A stretch of 63,793 bases of DNA, the filler included, from Octopus bimaculoides (Eukaryota), in assembly GCF_001194135.2 (NCBI RefSeq). It is 9 parts of 8 records of this genome, joined end to end, with 100 filler letters (N's around TTAATTAATTAA, not from the genome) between each part and the next. Parts side by side here need not be neighbours in the genome. Positions count along the whole stretch, not along the records: positions 1 to 5,984 come from NC_068982.1; positions 6,085 to 11,531 come from NC_068986.1; positions 11,632 to 17,564 come from NC_068981.1; 6 more parts are not named here. One strand, written 5' to 3'. The notes beneath the pieces were generated by a model. That model had not been told where the DNA came from. It worked only from the letters and a program-made list of their open reading frames with translations, and made no database searches. The translations under genes and the position numbers were made by a program. Below are positions 1-12,180 of this stretch, piece after piece. How positions within the stretch are numbered: position 1 is the stretch's first letter; each line of letters opens with the position of its first letter.

Positions 1-29
<29 letters not shown>

Positions 30-31
<2 letters not shown>

Positions 32-368
32 TTTTACTTGTTTCAGTCATCTGACTGCGGCCTTGCTGGAGCACCGCCTTTAATCAAAGAAATCGACCCC
101 AGCACTTATTCTATCGGTCTCTTTAGCCGAACCGTTAAGTTACGGGTCATAGACACACCAACATCGGTTGTCGAGCGACAGTGCGGGGACAAACACAGAA
201 TGTAAATACATACATGCATACATACATACATATATCTTTCATATCCACTCACAGGACTTTGGTCAACTCGAGGTTATAGTAGAAAATACTTGTCCAAGGT
301 GCCGCGCAGTGGAACTGAACCCGGAACCATATTGTTTGGAAGGAGGCTTCTTACCACACAGCCACGCC
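30..368 (-). mobile_element. tRNA-derived SINE family A, near full length
   Basis: Reverse strand reads ggcgtggctgtgtggtaagaag...gggttcagttccactgcg...tail ending gactgaaacaagtaaaag. Matches about 10 other copies in the window. Confidence 0.85.
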
Positions 369-752
369 TATGTATGTATGTATGTATGTATGTATGTATG
401 TATGTATGTATGTAGTGCTTTGTTCAAGCTTCCAGCTGAAACGGGGTGTGGATGAGTTTGGACCTAATTATCGTTGAGGTGTTGGTTATAGCGTACTTTG
501 AAGTGGTTTAGTGTCTCCGCATAATTTCTTGTGGTATGTTTGTAGCTCTATATAAAGGAACTTGGAATGCATGTTATGGATAGTTTAGAAACTGACTGCG
601 CTTTCGTTCTGATGGATGCTTGATATAGACTGAGCATGAAATCTTGAAGTAATATCACTAAAGGACAGGTATTTTAGATATATTTCACTCAATACTTTTA
701 GAGGAAAGGAAAGAGAGAAAGAAAGAAGGGATAGAGAGGGGGATAGAGAGAG

Positions 753-794
<42 letters not shown>

Positions 795-1327
795 AGAGAG
801 AAAGAGAGCGAGAGAAAGAGCTTGGAGAAATAAATATAGAGCCAAACAGAGATTTTCTTGGCTTTCAGTGTCTTATATTCCATTGAGTTATATTCTATCA
901 CAAATATGTATGGTATCGCTTACCTGCTCTTGTTAAAACTATTCAGAAACCCTAGAGCATTCTTTGATCCATTGCAAAATTACCTGTCCGAGAGAGAGGA
1001 TATTTAAAAAGTAGTCTTAGGCAATCTACCAGAGCTGGAGGTGTAATTTAATTTGACGGATTCACCAACCATAAATAAGATCTTCAAATCTGAAGAGGCT
1101 AGAAAATGATGAAATGAAAGAAACGTCTAGTTGTTCTTTATCCACATTTCTTCTTTTTTACTGCTCGATTTAGTTTTTTGTTTTTGATTCTTCTGATGCA
1201 TAACATAACAAGAACTATATACCTTTCTCTGTGTGCCATGGTTTACCATTTATCCTAGGATGTTTATATTCTTTACATAAATAAATAGGTGTTTTAATTT
1301 TAAAATATTTTACTTTATTTACCGTAG

Positions 1328-1406
1328 ATGCTGTGATGAAGATGGTGTTTTAAAAGTAACAGAACTAAAGAATGGCCCTCTGTCTTATTCAGATTTGCAA
1401 TCAAAG
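1328..1406 (+). CDS. Villin/gelsolin-family gene, internal exon (start of gelsolin repeat G3)
   Basis: AG at 1326-1327, GT at 1407-1408 (AAG|gtaata). Phase 2 to 0, translating (R)CCDEDGVLKVTELKNGPLSYSDLQSK, which resembles the villin G3 start (SD.DG.LKV.E....PL....L). Confidence 0.9.
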
Positions 1407-3553
1407 GTAATAAATGAAAAAAATAAAGAATGCAAAAATTCATTAACAGTTATAATGTGAAACACGTGAAATATTTATCCCTGCTCATCCCAATACATAA
1501 TGAGAAAAAAATATTTGACTTAACATGAATGAAAAAAATGTTCGCTAATAGAAGCAAAATGAAATTTTTGCGCACTTATACAGTCAGTATATAAATGTAT
1601 TTTGAATTAAATTATGTTGCTATTTATTTAGGTTTCTATTTTTTTTGTAATTGACTTCGTTTTTCTCGTATTATGTTGCTCTGCCTGCCTAAGACATATT
1701 GAATATAACACAATTGAATGACTTGAGTTGAATATAAATAGGTTATCCAATATACGAAAGAAAAAATTAGGAAAGAAAAAAGAATACATATTAGTGATTG
1801 TATTTTTTTATCTGACTTAACTTTTATATATACTTCGATCTTTGTACCTCCAATAATTTCTGAGATAACAAGGTGGACACTTTAACAGATAATGAAAGAA
1901 AAAAGCTGCTCAAAACTGTTGTGCTAGTGGTTAGATATGTCATATTGTGAGAATAAATGTTGTTGTATACAAAAGTAGTTTGCCATATATCTTGTTTCTG
2001 AAAAAAATATTGATTTATGTAATAAGAAAGGGTGTGTGCCATTATTTTGTAGTACTGAATTAAATCTGATATTCTCTGAAATCGCTGTTTCAACATAGAA
2101 AATGACCTAAGCAATATAATTCTAAAGTTTCAAAACTATTTAATTCTTGCTGGCTCACATCGCCTGGTCATGATCAGGTATCATATGGCTGAGTATTTTA
2201 CTATACTTAACAACCATGATTACCGTTTTATTGATGAACGCTTCGTATTCTTGAGCTCCAGGTTTCGTATTAATCTAGTAAAATGACAGGGATGAGAACA
2301 TTTTCCAGAATTCTTCAGAATTCTGTAGAACTCTCCTCTGAAGATTGTGCTGACATTTCGTCGATAGAATCACAAAGAGTTGCTCACAATTTGATAGGGA
2401 TGCTTATTTTATTTACACCATCCTTTTCTGATCACTCTGAAAAATCCGTCTGAGATCAATGAATTCCAGACACAATATGTTATATTCGAACACTTGCATT
2501 AGTATTTTGCTAACTCATACATATGATATTTTATGTTTATATTTTGGGTAAAAGATTAAATGAAACCCTCCTATCTTTCATCACACGTATATAAACGCAA
2601 TACATTGCCTTCAAAGGACTCAGTACAAAACGCCAGAAATCACGCCTCATGATTCCTGAATCCTATTAACTGTAGTTTTTTAGTTCCGATGTAGACTATT
2701 ACTAGTTTACTCCAGATTCTCCATTTTCCCTTCTCCTGTTAGATTAAAAGATCGGATATTGCCAGTATTAATTATGTCACTCAACTGCACAAAACCTTAA
2801 TAAATAGAAAATGATTCACTTCAATATAAACAGCTCTCACGCCAAGATTTGCGATCGATTGTTCGGTTGAAATAATTAATCAAACACTTTACTAAAAAGT
2901 GAGAAGGATGAATACATTTGAGTTAACAGATAATTTACTGCTAGTTTTCGGATCTCACATTTATGAATTCAACTACCACTTGAACTTGATATTAAATTTC
3001 ATCCTCGTATTATTGATTAAATAAGAACCAAGTTCACTGCGAAAAGTATAACGTAACTCTAAACCTATCCCTCCTTGTTTGTTCGTTTACATGAATAACA
3101 ATATATTCATCTACAAGAAAGGAATAAATTAATGTGTGCTGTTGCGTATAAGGTTTTAATACTAAAAGAATTTCGAAATACTTATTTTAATGCACATCTC
3201 CAGCTGATTTACAGCAAGAATGCAGAGCCTGTCAGTACATATTGACACCTTCATGTTTTTCACACACTTGATACAATGTATGATAAATGATTTTTCAGTT
3301 TCCTTTTGTTTATATGTAATTTTTGAAGGAGTAGTATAAAATGAACGAATCTCATATATTGACAAACAGGCAAACACACAAACACATGCACATATATAGA
3401 CACGTATGTACACAACTGAAAATTGTATCACTCTGATTTCAAGATTGATTACTTAGCAGTTTGAAACGCCGTTCAGCTGTGAAATCTATATTTGCACGAA
3501 AAGAAAACAATAACTGTAAAGCCGTCAATATTTTTGCTATTCAATTTATACAG

Positions 3554-3649
3554 GATATGTATATAATCGTAAGTGAAGATCACGTATGGATTTGGATTGG
3601 ACGCTTAGTACCGAAAACGGCACGTCGAGAAGCAATGAATAACGCTGTT
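3554..3649 (+). CDS. Villin/gelsolin-family gene, internal exon (middle of G3)
   Basis: cag|GAT...GTT|gtgagt, 96 nt, phase 0 to 0. DMYIIVSEDHVWIWIGRLVPKTARREAMNNAV matches the gelsolin D.YILD....IYVWKG..A...E...AM..A motif and is in frame with both neighbouring exons. Confidence 0.92.
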
Positions 3650-4715
3650 GTGAGTAAAACTCCTTTTCATATTTCCACTCAATAAAAATATTAGAAAACG
3701 AAATATTTAACATGTTCTCTTCTGTTGTTTTAAACCAATAATCACAATCATTGTTTCCGTGACACTCCTGTGCTTTTAGTGGCATATAAGACTACTTTAT
3801 TAAAACATGCCTTTCACCTTTTTAAAGGTGTAGGATGGACAGGAAGAAGATTGGTTGTTATTTCTAGCAAGTAGATAGACCACATGTATGCCTCATCTGT
3901 ATATTTCTGACCAATAAGTATTTCTGAGATTGAGTGCTGAGATGATACTGCGTCGATCGAAGAGTTCACGCTTCGTATCCCATCTTTGATTAGGTCACTT
4001 ATGACATTCGTGAGAAAGAGCATCGTTGATCGCTCGTGTCTGAATTCATGACCAACGACGCAATCAAGATTCGCTGCACTGTTGAAAGAATGTTAAACGC
4101 TAGGCTTTTGAAAGCTTGTATTCTATCCACCTTGATGGTTCCAATCCAAGCTTCCGAGAATTTTTTTGTTTTAATTGCTTAATCAATTGAGAAATTTTTG
4201 CAGTGTTTCCGAGACTTAATTCAGGAATGGAGAATTATCCTTCGAATGAAGACTTAAGATTTAATCTGAACGATTGTAACATAGTGGACTCTGCTAATGT
4301 CACCCAAGCGTGTTATGTTAGATCAGACGACCGAATAAGCCTATCGCTTTTGTGCCATGTGCGAACAGCCGTTATAAAAATATCTATTTCAAATACTAAC
4401 ACGATTTGTATCAAGTGTTTGCATTAAGAAAACATGTACAGATGGATTAGACATCGCATAACGATTGTTTTCATACTGTTGAGTCAGTGGAGCTCTCCGT
4501 TTCGATGGACAATCAATTTTGCATCGTTTCTAAGAAAACAATCATTGTAACCTCTACAAGTAATTTGAAAACTGGTTTGCTTGTTTTCCTGTGAAAAATA
4601 TTAAGTGTCGTAGTATTACTCTCACTCGAATTATAAATTCCAGTTGTTTAAAATTTTAGATAAAAAATTGGAAATGATTATCTTTGTGACTGACATGTAA
4701 AATGTTCATTTTCAG

Positions 4716-4851
4716 GGTTTTTCTAAAAAGAAGAATGCAGATTTATGTCAAGTAATTCGAGTCATTGAAAATGAGGAAACTGAAGATTTCAAGTATTTAT
4801 TTCATAATTGGCCGGAACCATCTCGGAGAGGCAACTCAAAAATTAAGATAG
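4716..4851 (+). CDS. Villin/gelsolin-family gene, internal exon (end of G3 and start of linker)
   Basis: ttttcag|GGT...ATAG|gtatat, 136 nt, phase 0 to 1. GFSKKKNADLCQVIRVIENEETEDFKYLFHNWPEPSRRGNSKIKI matches FIK.K.Y...TQV......E...F..LF..W. As I recall, a phase-1 intron also follows the G3 linker in vertebrate villin and gelsolin. Confidence 0.92.
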
Positions 4852-6084
4852 GTATATTGTTATTATTTTTAAAGAATTACTTAACATAAACGACAGAACC
4901 AGAATGTTTATGTGTACTGGGGTATATTTCTATGGTTTATGTTGATCCTGTACATAAGAGTGTCATTTCAACGACATCGAAAAAATGAAAAGTAAAGTTA
5001 GTTTAGGTATGAATTCAGAATCTATTTTGTCCGTGTCTATCAACCATTCTGTCAAAATATACAGTTATATAGTTATATAAGAGAGTGTAAGTGATCCTTG
5101 ATTGAGGACAACCAGCACAACCAACTAATATCTAGAGAGCTACATTGTACCATATTATCCAATATAACCTTTCCGGTATCATTTTAAGGAGGTGTGTGGG
5201 TTATTTCGAGCTGTCGATTGCTCGCGTTGTTCTTAAATGTTCAAATAGTTAGGATAGCCAATAAACTGCAGATGGTTAAAATAATGCAAAAGCATATTTG
5301 GAATTCTTTCCAGAGTTGTTAAAAGAAAACAGATCAATTGATTAATCAAACAGTCAATTAGTTAAATGGTTAAATAGTTAACCAACTGGAAAGAAAAATA
5401 AAGTGCAATAAAACCAATGCACGTAATATCACTTCCGAAAAAAACAACAACAAAAAAGCAAGAAATTTAGCATAGATTGATGTTTTCAAATATAAATTAA
5501 AGATATTTTTCTATTACATATTTGAAACATTCTTTTAAGTTATATTCCCCAGCATATTTTATTACAGAACAGCATTTTAATGCTCCGTATAATAACTATA
5601 TAAAACATAAATATATATAAGAAATATATGATATATTTGTCTAGTGTTGAACATGCAGATATGCAGATAACATTTTGGAATTATTTAATTTCTAACCCAG
5701 CTATTACAAAACTAGGATGCAATTTTATCAGTATATCATTTAAATGATATGCCAAAGAAGTGAGTTAATGAATTCATTATATGAATAATATATCTAAGTT
5801 AATTTCTCTATCATTCTTCAGAGAGTTATCATTGAACTTAGAATATGTTATGTGTATTTAAACTCAAGGGACATGTATGAAAAAAAAAAGAGAAAAACGG
5901 CATTAACTCCTTTGATTATCTTTTACATATAGCTTGAATATTTATCTATCTAGTCAGCTCTCCCCCCTCCCCTCCCCCTCTCTCNNNNNNNNNNNNNNNN
6001 NNNNNNNNNNNNNNNNNNNNNNNNNNNNTTAATTAATTAANNNNNNNNNNNNNNNNNNNNNNNNNNNNNNNNNNNNNNNNNNNN

Positions 6085-6128
<44 letters not shown>

Positions 6129-6988
6129 GGCGGTGCATCAGCATGGCCGCAGCTCTAAACTGAAACTATAAACAACACACATATATATATATATGGTTGT
6201 GTTTGTTTCTAGAAAAAAAATTAACTGCATTAACTATATATGAAGAAAGATTTTCTGAAAACATGCTACTTATATTTTAAATCTAAATATTTTAAATCTG
6301 AAAAAGAAAGCGCACACGCGCGTGTGTGTGAATACATGGATATATGCATGTATGTTTATGCATAAATATATACATGTTCACACACACACACAGCGAAAAA
6401 GAGCTAAGAGGAAATAACTCGAAGAGATCAACGACATGATGTTGGATTACAGGGTCGACGGCAGTGGGATGTAGTAAATGAATACATACATACTTTGTAA
6501 TAAACAGTTTATTTTTTCTTATATAAACAACCATAGCTATGTTTGTCTGTGTTTCAACTACTAGGATTGTCAGAGAAATTCGTTCGTTTTATTTTAGACA
6601 CTCCATGTTTGAAAAGAGGTAAAATTTATTCAGATTTGAAAGACGATAAGCCGAAGTTGTAAAGGAAGAATGGAACCATAAGAAAACCCATAAAACACTG
6701 ATGCAAATATTTTTCGTATGAATTCAGATAACATTGGAAAGGGGAAAATGATGGTAGTGGTGGTGATGGTGGTGGTGGCGGTAGTAGTGGCGGTGACGGA
6801 ACGAACGAATTTATCTGACAACCTAATTACGTAAATTCATCACAGGAGTTTTAAACGTTTTAAATATTACTGCTTCCACCCACAAAACAAAAAGCTACAA
6901 GAGAGAGCTCTCAACAGCGTAGAACAAATAATTACACTTGTAAAACCAACTTAAACTAAGCTTCGGTTTATAAATGATGTACATAAGT

Positions 6989-7380
6989 GCAGGCGTGGCT
7001 GGGTGTAAGAAATTTGCTTCCTTACTACATCGCTCCGGGTTCGGTCCCACTGCATGGAACCTTGAGCAACTGTCTTCTGCTATAGCCTTGGGGCGATTAA
7101 AGCCTTCTTCGCAGATTTGGTTGACGGAAACTGAAAGAAGCCCGTCGTGTGTGTGTGTGTGTGTATTGGTGCCTGTGTTTACCCCTCCCCCCCACTGCTT
7201 GACAACAGATGTTGGTTTATTTACGTCGCCGTAATTTAGTGGTTTGGCAAAAGGTAATGATCGAATATGTGTCAGGCTTTAAAAAAGGTACTGGGGTCGA
7301 TTGATTCGACTAAAAACTCTTCGAGGTGGTGCCCCAGCATGACCGCAGTCTAATAATTGAAACAAATAAAAGATAAAAGA
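6989..7380 (+). mobile_element. SINE family A, full length
   Basis: Head gcaggcgtggctgggtgtaag with B-box-like gggttcggtccc, central (GT)n, tail ccagcatgaccgcagtc...ataaaagataaaaga. Confidence 0.85.
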
Positions 7381-7510
7381 TTTTGAATTGGATATAATTA
7401 GTATTTATACAATAAATATAGAGTTGGTAAAAGTAATTATGCAAATTCGTGTAATTTCAATGTTTGTATGTACACATATACTTACGCGTATGCATACATT
7501 GCATCCATAA

Positions 7511-7939
7511 TCCTTTCTGAAGACCAGCAATTTCGGGGTGGGGAAGGTAAGTCGATTGCATCGACCCCAGTGCTTAAGTGGTACTTATTTTATCGCCTAC
7601 GAAAGGATGAAAGGCAAAGTCGATCTCGGCGGAGTTTGAACTCACAATTTAAAGATGAACGAAATGCTACTAAGCATTTTGTCCGGCATGCTAACGATTT
7701 TGTTAGAACGATGGGTTAAAGACAAAATTTCCAAAAATTTCACCATCGTTTTTAAATTATGTTTCAGTTTCTGTTTCAAAATAAAGGAAGCGTGGATTAT
7801 AATGGTGACGGCCAATTTCCAAATTTTTATTTATTTAATCATTTTTACCTTCAAGGCTTCCTCCCAAAACTGCTAATGATTTTGTCCGGCGTTCAATGTA
7901 TTCTGCCAGCTCGCCGCCTTGATGATGATAAGAACGATG

Positions 7940-7974
<35 letters not shown>

Positions 7975-8410
7975 AATGACAATAATAGTCCTTTCTACTA
8001 TAGGCACAAAGTCTGAAATTGTTGGGGAGGGGATTAGTTGATTACATCGACCCTACTGGTACTTAATTTATCAACCCCGAAAGGATGATAGGCAAAGTCA
8101 ACCTCAGAGGAATTTGAACTCAGAACACGAAGACAGACAAAATACCGCTAAGCATTTCGTCCGGCGTGCTAACGATTCTTATTTCTTTGCTGCCCACAAG
8201 GGGTTACACACAGAGGGGACAAACAAGGACAGACAAACGGATTAAGTCGATTATATCGACTCCAGTGTTCCACTGGTACCTATTTTGTTGACCTCGATAG
8301 GAAGAAAGGCAAAGTCAACCCCGGCGGAATTTGAACTCAGAACGAAGCGGAAGGCGAAATACCGCCAAGCATTTCGCCCGGCGTGCTAACGATTCTGCCC
8401 GTTCGCTGCC

Positions 8411-8412
<2 letters not shown>
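7511..8412 (-). mobile_element. Cluster of about 4 head-to-tail tRNA-derived SINE family B copies or fragments
   Basis: Repeated gtcgattacatcgaccccagt...gaaaggatgaaaggcaaagtc...gaatttgaactc...gctaagcatttcg...ggcgtgctaacgattctgcc at about 7511-7700, 7881-7920, 7989-8178 and 8181-8412, interleaved with GAT/AAT tracts. Confidence 0.88.
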
Positions 8413-8486
<74 letters not shown>

Positions 8487-8507
8487 TAATAATAATAATA
8501 ATAATAC
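8413..8507. repeat. (TAA)n microsatellite, representative of dozens of TA, CA, TAA, TATG, GATA and GA tracts
   Basis: Direct reading. Other long tracts include (GT)n 26095-26200, (GATA)n 28968-29042 and 57535-57682, and (GA)n 58143-58221. Confidence 0.98.
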
Positions 8508-8569
8508 TTTCTTTATTAGCTACAAGAGCCGACGAAAATAAGATTGGACATTAAAAAACATGAAGGATA

Positions 8570-9420
8570 AAGTAGGGTTATATAAAGTATCGTGTAAAAG
8601 TACCCTCCTTCTGTTTTAGCTGTGGGCAGAAGGCTTTCAAGTGGTTATTCTGTCCGCATTGATAACATATTGGCCTTCTGCCATCAACTGTGACGTTCAG
8701 CATAGTGACATCTGGAAGGCTGAGTTAGTCAGGAATTTGTTCCAAAACGTCTTCGTTTATTTGGACCATTATTTGCAATTCTTGACCAGTCCAGTTGTTT
8801 TTTCCTTGTTTGTTGACTTGGATGATTCTGATTTTATCTTCCAAGTCGAGGAGGACGGCTGCGACAATCCAGCAAGCGTTCATTTCTGATGGTATCTCCA
8901 GTATTTTTATCTTGACGATGCGCCGTCCCAAGTATGTTGGAACTTGGACAAGTTCACTCTTTTCCCGCTGGGCTGCTGAGTGCTGTTTTGCTACGTCTTT
9001 GTAGCAAATCTGACTTCTATTGTGCCATATTTCTTACCCCTCGACAGATATATCTTTCAGAATGGGTTGCAAGCACTTTTCAACTGCTTGCTTTGTGGCA
9101 GTTTCTAAACATCTATTTTTTAAAGATATAGTTTTGTACACTATGGTACGTTTGTCTGTATTGTCTATATCTGGAGGTGTGTTTATCGAAACACATCTTT
9201 CGCTTTTTTTTAAAACATGTTTCGGTAGTCTTTGAGAGATTCTACAGAAACATTAATGAATTCACATCTAGGTTTTGCCATTGAAGCATAACCTCGACTG
9301 TTTAATGCATTGGGTTGTTGTTGTTGATTTACAGCTGAATTTCCTTGCTCTTTTCCTCTGCTTCCTCGCGTTTATTTTCTTCTTTTTCCTTCTGTTGCTC
9401 TGCGTTGCACGTGCTAGCAA
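8570..9420 (-). mobile_element. Decayed gag-like ORF1 with CCHC zinc knuckle (non-LTR retrotransposon, possibly L1/Tx1-like)
   Basis: Minus-strand translation, with a stop and a frameshift: ...KRTIVYKTISLK...RGKKYGTIEVRF...PTYLGRRIVKIKILEIPSEM...VTVDGRRPICYQCGQNNHLKAFCPQ. Perfect C-X2-C-X4-H-X4-C at 8626-8667. Confidence 0.7.
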
Positions 9421-9787
9421 AACTTTAGTTGTCCCTCTCGTTGCCTTTTAAGGCACGGAGTGGGCGGAGACAATTTTCAAACTTTTTTGGCTGTCTTCCG
9501 ACAGCAGATGGAGTTAAAAGAAAGGAAGAACTGACGTTCTTCTCCAAGGACATTCTGCAAATTTTAAAATTGAAAAATGAAAAAAATGGAGAATTTAAAT
9601 TGAAAATTCGTTCCAAAAGGAGAAAAGTCCCGCCGAACCAATCAGCTTAGCAAGAACCCAGTCAGCCTGGCCACAGAACCGTTGAAAAGATTTTCAGATA
9701 CCACAATTTTATCTGTAAAAATTTCAACAAAAACTTACAGCTCACGAAAACACGTCCTTCCTCTTTGAAATCCAAGAGCAGAGTCCC

Positions 9788-9828
<41 letters not shown>

Positions 9829-9851
9829 TAATAATAATAATAATAATAATA

Positions 9852-10062
9852 GTTTCAAATTTTGCCACAAGGCCGGCAATTCTGTGGAGGGAAAGAGTCG
9901 ATTACATCGACACCAGTGTTCAACTGGTACTTATTTTATCGACCCCGAAAGGATGAAATCCGAAGTCGACGTCGGCGGAATTTGAATCAGAACGAAGTGG
10001 CAGACGAAATACCGCTAAGTATTTCACCCGGCGTGCTGACGTTTCTGCCCGTTCACTGCCTT
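9852..10062 (-). mobile_element. SINE family B copy flanked on both sides by (TAA)n
   Basis: Same core as other B copies; an AAT tract ends at about 9851 and taataatgataat follows 10062. Confidence 0.85.
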
Positions 10063-10083
10063 AATAATGATAATAATGACAAT

Positions 10084-10114
<31 letters not shown>

Positions 10115-10234
10115 ACGACGACGACGACAATGATGATGATGATGATGTAAAAAGATCAGTCGAGTAACTCTGGTAAGACGCAGTTTGTTAGTCTCTAACA
10201 TAAACACGGGCTTTATAGAGAACACAAATGACTC

Positions 10235-10355
10235 GATAATTATTTACATTATTTACAACATTTCGGCTGATATATCCTCCAGCCTTCATCGGGTGTCTTG
10301 GGGAAATTTCGAACCTGGGTTCTCATTCCTAAGGTATTTTTCGATGTTGTTGTTG

Positions 10356-10418
<63 letters not shown>

Positions 10419-10489
10419 TCACTGCCTGGAATCGAACTCGGAATCTTAGGGTTAGTAGCCTGCGCTCTTAACCACTACGCCATATGCCC
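10235..10489 (-). mobile_element. tRNA-headed SINE-like element with hammerhead-like tail (copy A)
   Basis: Minus strand: A box tggcgtagtgg, B box gagttcgattcc, (AAT)n/(AAC)n middle, then atcgaaaaataccttaggaatgagaaccc...gacac-ccgatga-a-ggctg-gaggatatat-cagcc-gaaatgtt. Confidence 0.8.
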
Positions 10490-10519
10490 GTGGGTTAAGA
10501 GCTCGTGCTACTATGCCCG

Positions 10520-10767
10520 TGGTGTAGTGGTTAATAGCGCGGGCTACTAGCCCCAAGATTCCGAGTTCGATTCCAGGCAGCGACCACTAGGACTTACAAA
10601 TATATATAACATACAGAAAATTGCACTACTGGGCACTGCACACATCCTACGCAAAACACTTTCAATACAGTAACCATAAGAGCATCACAGCAAACCACAG
10701 CACATACCCAAGGCACACAGAGCTGCGCTCGGTAGTGAAAGGAAAGCACGTTATAAAAATAAAACTA

Positions 10768-10829
<62 letters not shown>

Positions 10830-10973
10830 NNNNNNNNNNNNNNNNNNNNNNNNNNNNNNNNNNNNNNNNNNNNNNNNNNNNNNNNNNNNNNNNNNNNNNA
10901 GAAGAAGAAGAAGAAGAAGAAGAAGAAGAAGAAGAAGAAGAAGAAGAAGAAGAAGAAGAAGAAGAAGAAGAAG

Positions 10974-11007
<34 letters not shown>

Positions 11008-11165
11008 TCGAAAATACCTTAGGAATGAGAACCCATGTTAATGAAGGCTGGAGGGTATATCAGCCGAAACGTTGTGTTAACAACAAACAAGATGAGGACA
11101 AATATCCGTCAATTGTAAATAATGTAAATAATGTACATATTCCCTCATCTCTTAAATATAGAACT
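10520..11165 (+). mobile_element. tRNA-headed SINE-like element with hammerhead-like tail (copy B), interrupted by a LINE 3' end and a gap
   Basis: Head tggtgtagtgg...gagttcgattccaggcagcgacc (10520-10585). Tail atcgaaaataccttaggaatgagaaccc...atga-a-ggctg-gagggtatat-cagcc-gaaacgtt-gtgtt (11007-11078). Inverted relative to copy A. Confidence 0.8.
10586..10770 (+). mobile_element. 3' end of a Dong/R4-like RLE LINE ending in (AAT)n
   Basis: Encodes GLTNIYNIQKIALLGTAHILRKTLSIQ* (TAA at 10671-10673), then a short 3' UTR directly followed by (AAT)n. Nearly the same C-terminal peptide occurs at about 55770-55824. Confidence 0.75.
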
Positions 11166-11491
11166 GGACTCGATAATTGATCAATACATTCACCAAACAA
11201 TACATCAAATACAGTTCGTCCCGTATAGAGATTAAACAGAAAATTCCGATAAGATAACAGGTACTATACAATTCCATTTCGAAGCACACAAAGGTTAATT
11301 ATCTGATAATCAAATCTGCAAAAGACTAACATGGAAGAGGTCATTGAGTACTACAATGGTTTCAAAAGCACATCGGATGTATATAATGTAAATTACAAAT
11401 GTCCGTTCTGTTTCCTCTTCAGGTACATGATGCCTTCTTAGTTGAATACATTGTAATGTTATGTAGTATACATACGATGTGCTTTTGAAAC

Positions 11492-11531
<40 letters not shown>

Positions 11532-11631
11532 NNNNNNNNNNNNNNNNNNNNNNNNNNNNNNNNNNNNNNNNNNNNTTAATTAATTAANNNNNNNNNNNNN
11601 NNNNNNNNNNNNNNNNNNNNNNNNNNNNNNN

Positions 11632-11679
<48 letters not shown>

Positions 11680-11749
11680 ATGCGTGCGTGCGTGCGTGTG
11701 TGCGTGCCTCTGTGTGTGTGTGTGTGTGTGTCTTTGTGTCTGTGTTTGT

Positions 11750-11945
11750 CCCCCACCCCCACCGCTTGACAACCGATGCTGGTGCGTTTACATCCCGGTA
11801 ATTTAGCAATAAAAGACCGACAGAATAAGCAACAGGTTAAAACAATATGATTACTGGGGTCGATTCATTCGACTAAATATTTTTCAAGGTGGTGCCCCAG
11901 CAAGGCCACAGCCTCATGACTGAAACAAGTAAAATAAAAAGAAAA
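11750..11945 (+). mobile_element. SINE family A, 3' half
   Basis: ccgcttgacaaccgatgctggtg...ggggtcgattcattcgact...gactgaaacaagtaaaataaaa. Confidence 0.8.
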
Positions 11946-12029
11946 AGTATTTACATATATATATTATATATACATATATTTTATCTCTCTCTATATATAT
12001 TTAGATAGACAGATAGATAGATAGATACT

Positions 12030-12180
12030 CCATCCACATACATTCCGTCAACTGAATCCACTGAGAAGGCATTAGTCGGCCGGAGCTATAGTACAAGCGA
12101 CTTGCCTAAAGTGTCACGTAGTGGGAGTGAACCTGAAACCACGAGGTTGCAAGCCAACCTTCTTAACCACACAACCACTT
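12030..12180 (-). mobile_element. SINE family A, 5' half
   Basis: Reverse complement of the family A head (cttaaccacacaacc; ctatagtacaagcgacttgcc). Confidence 0.7.

Noticed and set aside
3800-4420. Possible CR1/L2 reverse-transcriptase relic on the minus strand (HEFRHERST-like motif)
   Set aside because: Too degenerate to support from sequence alone.
6029-6040. Recurrent ttaattaattaa islands inside N-runs (also about 11576, 17609, 20732, 27784, 34765, 56546, 62172)
   Set aside because: An identical 12-mer always flanked by about 40-45 Ns on both sides: a scaffolding or join marker, not biology.
10520-10585. tRNA gene with ACT anticodon
   Set aside because: No proper acceptor stem and no long Ser variable arm, and it is attached to a repeat tail. 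It is a SINE head, as are the other tRNA-like heads.
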